From positions 21,328,001 to 21,392,000 of the forward strand of contig NC_082722.1 of assembly GCF_030144855.1 (NCBI RefSeq): DNA of 64,000 nt, in the 5' to 3' direction. Position numbers and translations under genes: made by a program. Below are positions 28,101-43,100 of this stretch, one piece after another. A model generated the notes under the pieces. That model was not told the origin of the DNA, ran no database searches, and saw only the letters and a list, made by a program, of their open reading frames with translations. The stretch comes from Hypanus sabinus. Lineage: Eukaryota. Numbering within the stretch: position 1 is the stretch's first letter; each line of letters starts with the position of its first letter.

Positions 28101-31100
28101 GTAGGAAAAAGTATCCTACGGAAAATCCTGGTAATTCTGGACAATGTTTCTGGACAAAAGTGGATCTTGCTGGAGCCCAGAGGTTGTCCAGCCAGAGCCA
28201 TAACATTGATATTCTCTCTCGATTGCTGAATTAGAACTCTACGTCACTGAGTCAGAGAGATATCCATGAGGTTCCCAGCTGCCTCAGACACAAAAATTGC
28301 CTGAACCTCATGGTCTGGGATGCCCACAACAAGGAAGCTAGGAGCATTCTGTAGTTAGGGGAAGATGCTTGCAGGGAACACTAATTGGCTGGAATGTGTA
28401 TACTCATGATTGCTGAACCAATTCTGCAGCCCGCCAGCGAGAGAGCACAAACTCTCTGGCAGTAGTTGTGACAGCAGCACTGTGACTCATTGGGAGGGTC
28501 ATGGATGTCCAGTTGCTACGTAGATTAAGTTCACAAACTGTACCGGGGGATGTGGGGAAAAGAAAGGAAGTCTGGCATTGAGCTGGATGGTCAATGATGA
28601 TCTCAATTACAGGCAGAACATGGTTTGGGGAGGAGTAGACTTCCCCTGTTGCTCACACTCCGTTTTCAATACATTCTATGTTGTACAGCAAGTACCCATG
28701 TGTGCTGTCAGGTGAGGTGTCCTGGGACTGAACTTGTATTTGGTTCTGTTTAAATTCAATTCTTGCAATTGCAGAGCACAATACACATTTTTATAAAGCT
28801 ACCAAATTTTTGGAATTGTTCGGCGTATCAAAAGATTGTGAGAGCTCATTTGCTCTAAATATTCAACGTACAATATAAGCACGAGTTTAGATTTCAGCAG
28901 AACAGGATATATAGGTAGTAGTCAAACCTAGTATTGAGATCAAACATCAGCTAGGTCTCACTGATTGTTAGGAGAGTCCCAAAGTGAGGAGCAAGCTTTT
29001 CCTACTCCTAATACTTAGTCCTTTCTTTTCTACGTTGTACATCAGGTACCCACCGACACTGAAGTAATCCTGTGTTTCCACTCAAGGATAAGTGTGGCAT
29101 TGTTTTGACCTTTAACCACATCCAACATCATATACAATGGGTTTGAAAAAATGCACCCAACAGGCACAGGCAGGTCTGTCACTGTGTTACACTGGGCACA
29201 GTACCAGTGGACAATCTGTTGTACATCACTTGGGCATCGGACTGGTGAAAACAAATCAATCTTTAAATTCGGATTCACTACGGATGGACATGGGTTGTTG
29301 CTGTATAACAAGTGTATCCAGTACTGGTAAGTACAGGTTAGAATCTGTACACAAACAAGACAAAATCTGCAGATGCTGGAAAACAAAACAAAACACACAA
29401 AATGCTGGAAGAGCTCAGCAGACCAGGCTGTACCTAAGGAAATGGGTAAACAATTGACGTTTCGGGCTGAGACCCTCCATCAGGACCCTGAAGTAGTTTA
29501 AATCTTTCTGATTCAGAATCTGTACGATACAGATATACAGTATTGACGAATCTGGTTCCATTAGATAATGTGTACGAGCTATCACTGTATATAACTAGGT
29601 ACAGTATTGACGAATCTGGTTCCATTACATAATGTGTACAAACTATCACTGTATATAGCTAGGTACAGTTCAGGGAGATTCTGATGAACATCAAGTACGT
29701 TTCAGGATTCATTTAAGGAAGCAGGGTGGAAAAACAATGGGAATGTCAATAAAAGGATGATCAAGAGAGACATCTGAGTGAGGATGTTGAAGGTTTGCTA
29801 ATCCTTTCTCCTCCTTATCGCTGACATTTCCTTTGTTCCCCAACCATCAGGGAAGTGGCTGACAAGTGGCAAATAGATTTCATCAGAGTTAACTGCGAGG
29901 TTATGTATTTTAAGGGGCACATGGGTATGGATGTACCCTTCAAAAGGAGTCACACAATCAGCTTAGGAAGCACCCTCAACTGCAAGCAGCCTGGATCTGT
30001 GAATGTTCACCTTGACAAATACATTGTGAATGACTGGGTCTCTGTATATCATTGCATTGTGGGAATTCAGTTACTCATACATACAGTGCACAAATCAATA
30101 AGAAAAAATATCTCAGCAGAGCCAGCGAATATGTGAGAATGACACATGTATTGAGGTCAGGAACCAGCTATGACCTCACTAGATGTGAAAAAAAGAAGTA
30201 AGCTTCTCCTGCTCCTAATTCTTTTCTATGTTGTACATCAAGTACCCACTGACACTGAACTAATCCTGTCTTTCCACTCAAGGATGAGTGTGGCATTGCT
30301 TTATCCTTTATCCACATCTAACATCATAGACGATGGGTTTCAAACAATGCACACAACAGGCACAAACAGGTCTGTCACTGTATTACACTGGCCACAGTAC
30401 CAGTGGACAATCTGTTGTACGTCACTTGGGAACCAGACTGGTAGAAACAAATCAATCTCTAAACGCAGATACACTGCGAACAGACATGGGTTGTTGCTGT
30501 ATGACAGGTGTATCCCGTACCGGTGAGTACAGGTCAGAATCTGTACGCAAACAAGAGAAAATCTGAAGATGCTGGAAAAGAAAACAACACAGACAAAATG
30601 CTGGAGGATCTCCACAGCCCAGGCCGCACCTATGGAAACGAGTAAACTGTTGATATTTCAGGCTGAGACCCTTCATCAGGACCCTGAAGATGTTTAAATC
30701 TTTCTGACTCAGAATCTATACAACACAAATGTACAGTATTGATGAATGTAGATCTGGTTCCATTAGATAATGTGTACACAAACTAAGTTCTGGGAGTTTC
30801 TGGTGAACTTCAAATAAGTTTCAGTGAAGGAAGTAGGGTAGAAAAACGATCCGAATGTCAATAAAGGGCTGAACAAGGGAGACAGCTGAGTGAGGATTGT
30901 GAAGGTTTGGAAATCGCTGACATTCCCTTTGTTCTCACAAGCACCAGGGAAGCATACTGACGAGTGGCAAATGGATTTCATCAGAGTTAACTGCAAGGTG
31001 ATCTATTTTGGAAAGTCAAAGAAGTGTCGGACTTTTAGTAATAATTGTAACGACCTGGACTACCAGACCAAACACCCAAACTTGAACGCAAATCTCACAT

Positions 31101-34100
31101 TACAGCAGTGGATTAACATGCAGTCAATACTTAAAGATGATATCAAAACTTAGTAAGATGTAACTCAATGCTATTGGTTTTACCATGAAAGAACATGACT
31201 GAGCTGAAACACTAATCCCATGTCTCTTCCTTCATAAACATTACAGCTCCTGCTAATCATTGCCACCATTTTCTGTTTTTATTTCAGATTGGCAGCATCA
31301 TCAGCATTGTGAAATTTGGTGTGTGTGGTGAACTACGTGTGCCTGTCTGGACATGCCCCCTGCTGACTGCTCCTGTGGCTCCTCCCACAGGCCCCTGTAT
31401 AAAGGCGATCTGAGGCCTGGTGCTCGGCCTCAGTCTCCAGGACTTAGTATGATGGTCACTCACTCCTGGTTACTTCTTCCAGTCAATAAAAGCCGATATC
31501 TCGCCTTACGTCTCAGAGTGAGTTATTGATGGTGCATCAGTGTTGATCCGGACACTCTGGTCACGGAGTTGGGAAGGAGAGGGGCCCAGAGTTTGCTGGG
31601 TCAGTGTCAGCCATCTTTGCTCATGGAGAGAGACAGTGGGAGAAGATAGCTAGTGGGATCAGTGGTGGAGGAAAGCACTGAGGACATGGTGCATCATATA
31701 ACCATATAACAATTACAGCACAGAAACAGGCCATCTCGGCCCTTCTAGTCCGTGCTGAACGCTTACTCTCACATAGTCCCACTGACCTGCACTAAGCCCA
31801 TAATCCTCCAATCCTTTCCTGTCCATACACCTATCCTTTTTATTAAATGAAAGTATCAATCCTGCCTCTGCCACTTCTAATGGTAGCTCGTTCCACACAG
31901 CTACAACTCTCTGAGTAAAGAAGTTCTCCCTCATGTTACCCCTAAATTTTTACCCCTTAACTCTTAACTCATGTCCTCTTGTTTGAACTCCTGTACTCTC
32001 AATGGAAAAAGCTATTCAAGTCAACTCTATCTATCCCGCTCATCATTTTTGATACCTCTATCAGGCCCCCCTCAACCTACTATGCTCCAAAGAATAAAGA
32101 CCTAACTTGTTCAACCTTCCTCTGTATCTTAGGTGCTGAAACCCAGGTAACATTCTAGTAAATGTACTCTCTCTATTTTGTTGACATCTTTATTATAATT
32201 CGCTGACCAGAACTGTACACGATACTCCAAAGTTGGCCTCACCAATGTCTTGTACAATTTTAACATTACATCCCAAATCCTATACTCATTGCTCTGAATT
32301 ATAAAAGCTAGCATACCAAAAGTTTTCTTCACTACCTATCCACATCAGATCCCACCTTCGGGGAACTATGCACCATTATTCCTAGATCACTCTGGTCTAC
32401 TGCATTCCTCAATGCCCTACCATTTACCATGTATGTCCTATTTTGATTAGTCCCACCAAAATGCAACACCTCACACTTATCAGCATTAAACTCATCTGCC
32501 ATTTTTTAGCCCACTCTTCTAACTGGCCTAAATCTTTCTGCAGGCTTTGAAAACCTACTTCATTATCCACAACACCACCTATCTTAGTATCATCTGCATA
32601 CTTACTAATCCAATTTACCACCCCATCATGGGTAAGATTCAGTCACCTCACACACATGGTCACAGCTGGTGATCAGTTTGTAGGAACCCACCTGACAACC
32701 AGAGCACCACTGGCCTCACACTCTGTCTGGACCATGCACCATAATGCCCGAGGTGGGATCTTACTGCACAGATATACGTCATTTTCTATCTACATTGCAA
32801 TCACTTACAAATGATTTCACTCTGATTTACTTTATGTAAACATGTAGCTTGGGAAAGAGGTAAAGATTTGCAAGTTTGTGAACTCTGAACGTTTTCTCAA
32901 TGTACATATTGGTATTTCCCATCGATTTTGTAAAAAGGAAAATTTTCACATAGCTGGAACTTCTTCCTGATATTGAAAATGAAATAACTGCCTTTCACTT
33001 GTTTACATTTGGCTTTGCAACTCTTCCCTGCAGAGAATAAAAAGAAAGAATCACTGTTTAGAGTTGTTCCAGCACTATCAATCCTTTCCTTTCCCCTTTA
33101 AGAGCAGGTTTATTTATTGATTACATCACATTATTACAAGTCTACAATATTTCACCTTTCACGCTATTTACAAGTTAATAGATTGCAATTAAAAATCTCT
33201 TATCTCAATCCAGAATTTATTTGGGATTTGTGACAGCCATCAGACCCAGAAGCTGCCCAATTAGACATGGATGTCACATTTTTCTTTTTAAGGGGCACAT
33301 GGGTATGGACACACACTTCAAAAGGGGGCACGCAATCAGCTTGGAAAACACCCTCAACTGCAAGCTGCCTGGATCTGTGAATGTTCACCTTGACCACTAC
33401 GTTGTGAATGCCTGGGTCTCTGTGTAACATTGCATTGTGGGAATTCAGTTACTCATGCATACAATGTGCAAATCCATGAGAATTTATATCTCAGCAGAGC
33501 CAGCGAATATGTGAGAAGGGGATTGTGGTGAACTACATATACCTGTCTGGACACGCCCATCCCCCCCCCCCCCCCCCCCCCGCTGACTGCTCCTGTGGCT
33601 CCTCCCACAGACCCTTGTATAAAGGTGATTGGAGGCACTCCTCCTCCCTCAGTCTCCAGGATGTTGTGTGCTGGTCTCTTGCTGTTGACAGTGCTTTCTT
33701 CCAGCTAAAAAAAGCCTATCTCGCCTCACATCTCTGAGAGTTATGGATGATGCATCAGGGATGCAAGTTGGTATTGTCAGGAACCAGTAATGACCTCACT
33801 GAACGTTAAAGTGAGGAGTAAGCTTCTCCTGCTCCTAATTCTTTTCTAAGTTGTACATCAAGTACACACTGACACTGAGGTAATTCTGTGTTTCCACTCA
33901 AGGATGACTGTGGCATTGTTTTATCCTTTATCAACATCTAACATCATAGACGATCGGTTTCAAACAATGCACCCAACAGGCACAGGCAGGTCTGTCACTG
34001 TGTTACACTGGGCACAGAACCAGTGGACAATCTGTTGTACGTCACTTTGGGCACCAGACTGGTGGAAACAAATCAATCTCTAAACTCGCATGCACTGCGA

Positions 34101-37100
34101 ACGGACATGGGTTGTTGCTGTATAACAGGTGTATCCCGTACTGGTGAGTACAGGTCAGAATCTGTACGCAAACAAGAGAAAATCTGAAGATGCTGGAAAA
34201 GAAAACAACACAGACAAAATGCTGGAGGATCTCCGCACCCCAGGCCGCACCTATGGAAACGAGTAAACAGTCGATGTTTCAGGCTGAGACCCTTCATCAG
34301 GAACCTGAAGATGTTTAAATCTTTCTGACTCAGAACCTGTAAAACACAGGTGTACAGTATTGATGAATGTAGATCTGGTTCCGTTAGATAATGTGTACAC
34401 AAACTATCACTGTATATAACTCAGTACAGTTCTGGGAGGTTCTGATGAACTTCAAATATGTTTCAGTGAAGGAAGTAGGGTGGAAAAACAATCCGAATGT
34501 CAATAAAGGGCTGATCAAGGGAGACTGCTGAGTGAGGATTGTGAAGGTTTGGTAATCTCATTCTCTTCTCTATCGCTGACATTCCCTTTGTTCTCACAAG
34601 CACCAGGGAAGCGTACTGACGAGTGGCAAATGGATTTCATCACAGTAAACTGCAAGGTGATCTATTTTGGAAAGTCAAAGATGTGTCAGACTTTTAGTAA
34701 TAATTGTAACGACCTGGACTGCTTGACCAAACACCCAAACTTGAATGCAAATCTCACATAACAGCTGTGGATTAACATGCAGTCAATATTTAAAGTTGAT
34801 ATCAAAATGTAGAAAGATGTAATTCAATGCTATTTGTTTTCACCACGAAGAACATGACTGAGCTGAAATACTAATCCCATGTTTCTTCCATCACAAACAT
34901 TCCAGCTCCTGCTACTCATTGCCAGCATTTTGTTTTTATTTCAGATTGGCAGCATCATCAGCATTGTGAAATTTGGTCTGGATCCGGACACTCTGGTCAC
35001 GGAGTTGGGAAGAAGAGCGGCCCAGAGTTTGCTGGGTCTGTGGCAGCCATCCTTGGTCACGTTGAGAGACAGTGGGAGAAGATTGCTCGCGGGATCAGTG
35101 GTGGAGGAAAGCACTGAGGTCATGGTGCATCATGGGTAAGATTCAGTCACCTCACACACACACGGTCACAGTTGGTGAGCAGTTTGTAGGATCCCATCTG
35201 CCAACCAGAGCACCACTGGATCACGCTGTGTCTGGAGCATGTATCATAATGTCTGAGGTGGGATTTGACTGCACAGATACACGTCATTTGCATCCACATT
35301 GCAATCACTTACAAGTGATTTCACTCTGGTTTATTTTAGCTAAACATGTCGCTTAGAAAAGTGGTAAAGATTTGCAAGAATCGTGAACTGAGCACATTTT
35401 CTCAACGGACACATTGGTATTTCCTAACTATTCAGTTAAAAAGGAAAATTTTCAAATAGCTGGAATTTCTTCCTGATATTAAAAGTAAAATAACTGACCT
35501 TTGTCTTTCACCTGTTTACATTCGGCTTTGCAACTCTTCCCTGCAAGAATTATAAGAAAGAATCACTGTTTAGAGTTGTTACAGCACTATCAATCCTTTC
35601 CTTTCCCCTTTAAAAGCCAGTTTATTTATTGATTACATCACATTATTACGTCTACAATATTTCACCTTTCACACTATTTACAAGTTAATAGATTGCAATT
35701 AAAAATCTCTTATGTCAATCCAGAATTTAACTGTTACCCTGTGACAGCCATCAGACCCAGAAGCTGCCCAATGTAGACATGGATGTCACATTTTTCTTTT
35801 TAAGGGGCACATGGGTATGGACACACACTTCAAAAGGGGCCACGCAATCAGCTTGGAAAACACCCTCAACTGCAAGCTGCCTGGATCTGTGAATGTTCAC
35901 CTTGACCACTACTTTGTGAATGCCTGGGTCTCGGTGTAACATTGCATTGTGGGAATTCAGTTACTCGTACATACAATGTGCAAATCCATGAGAATTTATA
36001 TCTCAGCAGAGCCAGCGAATATGTGAGAAGGGGACTCAAGTTGGTATTGAGGTCAGGAACCAGTTATGACCTCACTGAATGTTAAAGTGAGGAGTACGCT
36101 TCTCCTGCTCCTAATTGTTTTCTATGTTGTACATCAAGTACCCACCAACACTGAATTCTGTGTTTCCACCCAAGGATGAGTGTGGCATTGTTTTGTCCAT
36201 TATCTACTTCTAACATCATAGACGATCGGTTTCAAACAATGCAGCCAACAGGCACAGGCAGGTCTGTCACTGTGTTACACTGGGCACAGAATCAGTGGAC
36301 AATCTGTTGTACGTCACTTAGGGCACCAGACTGGTGGAAACAAATCAATCTTTAAACTCGGATGCACTACAGAAGGACATTTGTTGTTGCTGTATAACAG
36401 GTGTATCCCGTACTGGTGAGTACAGGTCAGAATCTGTACACAAACAGGAGAACATCTACAGATGCTGGAAAACAAAGCAACACACATAAAATGCTGAAGG
36501 AGCTCAGCAGGCCAGGCTGCATCTATGTCAATGAGTAAACTGTTGATATTTCGGGCTCATCACAGTTAACTGCGAGGTGATCTACTTTGGAAAGTCAAAG
36601 AAGAGTCGGACATTTAGTATCAATGGTAACGACCTGGACTGCCAGACCAAACACCCAAACTTGAATGCAAATCTCACATAACAGCTGTGGATTAACATGC
36701 AGTCAATATTTAAAGATGATATCAAAATGTAGTAAGATGTAACTCAATGCTATTGGTTTTACCATGAATGAACATGACTGAGCTGAAATACTAATCCCAT
36801 GTTTCTTCCTTCATAAACATTCCAGCTCCTGCTACTCATTGCCAGCATTTTGTTTTTATTTCAGATTGGCAGCATCATCAGCTTTATGAAATTTGGTCTG
36901 GATCCGGACACCCTGGTCACGGAGTTGGGAAGGAGAGGGGTCCAGAGTTTGCTGGGTCTGTGGCAGCCATCCTTGGTCACGTTGAGAGACAGTGGGAGAA
37001 GATTGCTCGTGGGATCAGTGGTGGAGGAAAGCACTGAGGACATGGTGCATCATGGGTAAGATTCAGTCACCTCACACACATGGTCACAGTTGGTGAGCAG

Positions 37101-40100
37101 TTTGTAGGATCCCACCTGACAACCAGAGCACAACTGGATCACGCTGTGTCTGGACCATGTATCATAATGTCTGAGGTGGGATTTGACTGCACAGATACAC
37201 GTCATTTGCATCCACATTGCAATCACTTACAAGTGATTTCACTCTGGTTTATTTTAGCTAAACATGTCGCTTAGAAAAGTGGTAAAGATTTGCAAGAATC
37301 GTGAACTGAGCACATTTTCTCAACGGACACATTGGTATTTCCTATCTATTCAGTTAAAAAGGAAAATTTTCAAATAGCTGGAATTTCTTCCTGATATTAA
37401 AAGTAAAATAACTGACCTTTGTCTTTCAACTGTTTACAATCGTCTTGGCAACTCTTCCCTGCAAGAATTATAAGAAAGAATCACTGTTTAGAGTTGTTAC
37501 AACACTATCAATCCTTTCCTTTCCCCTTTAAAAGCCAGTTTATTTATTGATTACATCACATTATTACAAGTCTACAATATTTCACCTTTCACACTACTTA
37601 CAAGTTAATAAAATGCAATTAAAAATCTCTTATGTCAATCCAGAATTTAACTGTTACCCTGTGACAGCCATCAGACCCAGAAGCTGCCCAATGTAGACAT
37701 GGATGTCACATTTTTCTTTTTAAGGGGCACATGGGTATGGACACACACTTCAAAAGGGGCCACGCAATCAGCTTGGAAAACACCCTCAACTGCACGCTGC
37801 CTGGATCTGTGTATGTTCACCTTGACCACTACTTTGTGAATGCCTGGGTCTCGGTGTAACATTGCATTGTGGGAATTCAGTTACTCGTACATACAATGTG
37901 CAAATCCATGAGAATTTATATCTCAGCAGAGCCAGCGAATATGTGAGAAGGGGACTCAAGTTGGTATTGAGGTCAGGAACCAGTTATGACCTCACTGAAT
38001 GTTAAAGTGAGGAGTAAGCTTCTCCTGCTCCTAATTGTTTTCTATGTTGTACATCAAGTACCCACCAACACTGAATTCTGTGCTTCCACCCAAGGATGAG
38101 TGTGGCATTGTTTTGTCCATTATCTACTTCTAACATCATAGACGATCGGTTTCAAACAATGCAGCCAACAGGCACAGGCAGGTCTGTCACTGTGTTACAC
38201 TGGGCACAGAATCAGTGGACAATCTGTTGTACGTCACTTAGGGCACCAGACTGGTGGAAACAAATCAATCTTTAAACTCGGATGCACTACAGAAGGACAT
38301 TTGTTGTTGCTGTATAACAGGTGTATCCCGTACTGGTGAGTACAGGTCAGAATCTGTACACAAACAGGAGAACATCTACAGATGCTGGAAAACAAAGCAA
38401 CACACATAAAATGCTGAAGGAGCTCAGCAGGCCAGGCTGCATCTATGTCAATGAGTAAACTGTTGATATTTCGGGCTCATCACAGTTAACTGCGAGGTGA
38501 TCTACTTTGGAAAGTCAAAGAAGAGTCGGACATTTAGTATCAATGGTAACGACCTGGACTGCCAGACCAAACACCCAAACTTGAATGCAAATCTCACATA
38601 ACAGCTGTGGATTAACATGCAGTCAATATTTAAAGATGATATCAAAATGTAGTAAGATGTAACTCAATGCTATTGGTTTTACCATGAATGAACATGACTG
38701 AGCTGAAATACTAATCCCATGTTTCTTCCTTCATAAACATTCCAGCTCCTGCTACTCATTGCCAGCATTTTGTTTTTATTTCAGATTGGCAGCATCATCA
38801 GCTTTATGAAATTTGGTCTGGATCCGGACACCCTGGTCACGGAGTTGGGAAGGAGAGGGGTCCAGAGTTTGCTGGGTCTGTGGCAGCCATCCTTGGTCAC
38901 GTTGAGAGACAGTGGGAGAAGATTGCTCGTGGGATCAGTGGTGGAGGAAAGCACTGAGGACATGGTGCATCATGGGTAAGATTCAGTCACCTCACACACA
39001 TGGTCACAGTTGGTGAGCAGTTTGTAGGATCCCACCTGACAACCAGAGCACAACTGGATCACGCTGTGTCTGGACCATGTATCATAATGTCTGAGGTGGG
39101 ATTTGACTGCACAGATACACGTCATTTGCATCCACATTGCAATCACTTACAAGTGATTTCACTCTGGTTTATTTTAGCTAAACATGTCGCTTAGAAAAGT
39201 GGTAAAGATTTGCAAGAATCGTGAACTGAGCACATTTTCTCAACGGACACATTGGTATTTCCTATCTATTCAGTTAAAAAGGAAAATTTTCAAATAGCTG
39301 GAATTTCTTCCTGATATTAAAAGTAAAATAACTGACCTTTGTCTTTCAACTGTTTACAATCGTCTTGGCAACTCTTCCCTGCAAGAATTATAAGAAAGAA
39401 TCACTGTTTAGAGTTGTTACAACACTATCAATCCTTTCCTTTCCCCTTTAAAAGCCAGTTTATTTATTGATTACATCACATTATTACAAGTCTACAATAT
39501 TTCACCTTTCACACTACTTACAAGTTAATAAAATGCAATTAAAAATCTCTTATGTCAATCCAGAATTTAACTGTTACCCTGTGACAGCCATCAGACCCAG
39601 AAGCTGCCCAATGTAGACATGGATGTCACATTTTTCTTTTTAAGGGGCACATGGGTATGGACACACACTTCAAAAGGGGCCACGCAATCAGCTTGGAAAA
39701 CACCCTCAACTGCACGCTGCCTGGATCTGTGTATGTTCACCTTGACCACTACTTTGTGAATGCCTGGGTCTCGGTGTAACATTGCATTGTGGGAATTCAG
39801 TTACTCGTACATACAATGTGCAAATCCATGAGAATTTATATCTCAGCAGAGCCAGCGAATATGTGAGAAGGGGACTCAAGTTGGTATTGAGGTCAGGAAC
39901 CAGTTATGACCTCACTGAATGTTAAAGTGAGGAGTAAGCTTCTCCTGCTCCTAATTGTTTTCTATGTTGTACATCAAGTACCCACCAACACTGAATTCTG
40001 TGCTTCCACCCAAGGATGAGTGTGGCATTGTTTTGTCCATTATCTACTTCTAACATCATAGACGATCGGTTTCAAACAATGCAGCCAACAGGCACAGGCA

Positions 40101-43100
40101 GGTCTGTCACTGTGTTACACTGGGCACAGAATCAGTGGACAATCTGTTGTACGTCACTTAGGGCACCAGACTGGTGGAAACAAATCAATCTTTAAACTCG
40201 GATGCACTACAGAAGGACATTTGTTGTTGCTGTATAACAGGTGTATCCCGTACTGGTGAGTACAGGTCAGAATCTGTACACAAACAGGAGAACATCTACA
40301 GATGCTGGAAAACAAAGCAACACACATAAAATGCTGAAGGAGCTCAGCAGGCCAGGCTGCATCTATGTCAATGAGTAAACTGTTGATATTTCGGGCTCAT
40401 CACAGTTAACTGCGAGGTGATCTACTTTGGAAAGTCAAAGAAGAGTCGGACATTTAGTATCAATGGTAACGACCTGGACTGCCAGACCAAACACCCAAAC
40501 TTGAATGCAAATCTCACATAACAGCTGTGGATTAACATGCAGTCAATATTTAAAGATGATATCAAAATGTAGTAAGATGTAACTCAATGCTATTGGTTTT
40601 ACCATGAATGAACATGACTGAGCTGAAATACTAATCCCATGTTTCTTCCTTCATAAACATTCCAGCTCCTGCTACTCATTGCCAGCATTTTGTTTTTATT
40701 TCAGATTTGCAGCATCATCAGCATTGTGAAATTTGGTCTGGATCCGGACACTCTGGTCACGGAGTTGGGAAGGAGAGAGGCCCAGAGTTTGCTGGGTCTG
40801 TGGCAGCCATCCTTGGTCACGTTGAGAGACAGTGGGAGAAGATTGCTCGTGGGATCAGTGGTGGAGGAAAGCACTGAGGACATGGTGCATCATGGGTAAG
40901 ATTCAGTCACCTCACACACATGGTCACAGTTGGTGAGCAGTTTGTAGGATCCCACCTGACAACCAGAGCACAACTGGATCACGCTGTGTCTGGACCACGT
41001 ATCATAATGTCTGAGGTGGGATTTGACTGCACAGATACACGTCATTTGCATCCACATTGCAATCACTTACAAGTGATTTCACTCTGGTTTATTTTAGCTA
41101 AACATGTCGCTTAGAAAAGTGGTAAAGATTTGCAAGAATCGTGAACTGAGCACATTTTCTCAACGGACACATTGGTATTTCCTAACTATTCAGTTAAAAA
41201 GGAAAATTTTCAAATAGCTGGAATTTCTTCCTGATATTAAAAGTAAAATAACTGACCTTTGTCTTTCAACTGTTTACAATCGTCTTGGCAACTCTTCCCT
41301 GCAAGAATTATAAGAAAGAATCACTGTTTAGAGTTGTTACAACACTATCAATCCTTTCCTTTCCCCTTTAAAAGCCAGTTTATTTATTGATTACATCACA
41401 TTATTACAAGTCTACAATATTTCACCTTTCACACTACTTACAAGTTAATAGATTGCAATTAAAAATCTCTTATGTCAATCCAGAATTTAACTGTTACCCT
41501 GTGACAGCCATCAGACCCAGAAGCTGCCCAATGTAGACATGGATGTCACATTTTTCTTTTTAAGGGGCACATGGGTATGGACACACACTTCAAAAGGGGC
41601 CACGCAATCAGCTTGGAAAACACCCTCAACTGCACGCTGCCTGGATCTGTGAATGTTCACCTTGACCACTACTTTGTGAATGCCTGGGTCTCGGTGTAAC
41701 ATTGCATTGTGGGAATTCAGTTACTCGTACATACAATGTGCAAATCCATGAGAATTTATATCTCAGCAGAGCCAGCGAATATGTGAGAAGGGGACTCAAG
41801 TTGGTATTGAGGTCAGGAACCAGTTATGACCTCACTGAATGTTAAAGTGAGGAGTAAGCTTCTCCTGCTCCTAATTGTTTTCTATGTTGTACATCAAGTA
41901 CCCACCAACACTGAATTCTGTGTTTCCACCCAAGGATGAGTGTGGCATTGTTTTGTCCATTATCTACTTCTAACATCATAGACGATCGGTTTCAAACAAT
42001 GCAGCCAACAGGCACAGGCAGGTCTGTCACTGTGTTACACTGGGCACAGAATCAGTGGACAATCTGTTGTACGTCACTTAGGGCACCAGACTGGTGGAAA
42101 CAAATCAATCTTTAAACTCGGATGCACTACAGAAGGACATTTGTTGTTGCTGTATAACAGGTGTATCCCGTACTGGTGAGTACAGGTCAGAATCTGTACA
42201 CAAACAGGAGAACATCTACAGATGCTGGAAAACAAAGCAACACACATAAAATGCTGAAGGAGCTCAGCAGGCCAGGCTGCATCTATGTCAATGAGTAAAC
42301 TGTTGATATTTCGGGCTCATCACAGTTAACTGCGAGGTGATCTACTTTGGAAAGTCAAAGAAGAGTCGGACATTTAGTATCAATGGTAATGACCTGGACT
42401 GCCAGACCAAACACCCAAACTTGAATGCAAATCTCACATAACAGCTGTGGATTAACATGCAGTCAATATTTAAAGATGATATCAAAATGTAGTAAGATGT
42501 AACTCAATGCTATTGGTTTTACCATGAATGAACATGACTGAGCTGAAATACTAATCCCATGTATCTTCCTTCATAAACATTCCAGCTCCTGCTACTCATT
42601 GCCAGCATTTTGTTTTTATTTCAGATTTGCAGCATCATCAGCATTGTGAAATTTGGTCTGGATCCGGACACTCTGGTCACGGAGTTGGGAAGGAGAAAGG
42701 CCCAGAGTTTGCTGGGTCTGTGGCAGCCATCCTTGGTCACGTTGAGAGACAGTGGGAGAAGATTGCTCATGGCATCAGTGGTGGAGGAAAACACTGAGGA
42801 CATGGTGCATCATGGGTAAGATTCAGTCACCTCACACACACACGGTCACAGTTGGTGAGCAGTTTGTAGGATCCCACCTGCCAACCAGAGCACCACTGGA
42901 TCACGCTGTGTCTGGACCATGTATCATAATGTCTGAGGTGGGACTTGACTGCACAGATACCCGTCATTTGTATCCACATTGCAATCACTTACAAGTGATT
43001 TCACTGATTTACTTTAGGTAAACATGTAGCTTAGAAAAAAGGTAAAAATTTGCAAGAATTTTGAACTGTAAACATTTTCTTAATGTGCATATTGGTATTT

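Larger units (their letters stand above)
24240..28474 (-). mobile_element. Degenerate Gypsy LTR element with nested insertions
   Basis: Integrase [16 protein letters not shown] and [14 protein letters not shown], RNase [19 protein letters not shown]-like block ctaattggctggaa is repeated at 24591 and 28381. Confidence 0.8.

Noticed and set aside
29535-29670. About 63-bp local duplication
   Set aside because: Simple intronic slippage with no evident function.
34879-43021. Repeated 60-94 aa ORFs (MFLFQIGS..., MVTVGEQF..., MLHRDPGI...) as a gene family
   Set aside because: Intronic or transposon-derived parts of the unit; starts and frames shift between copies.
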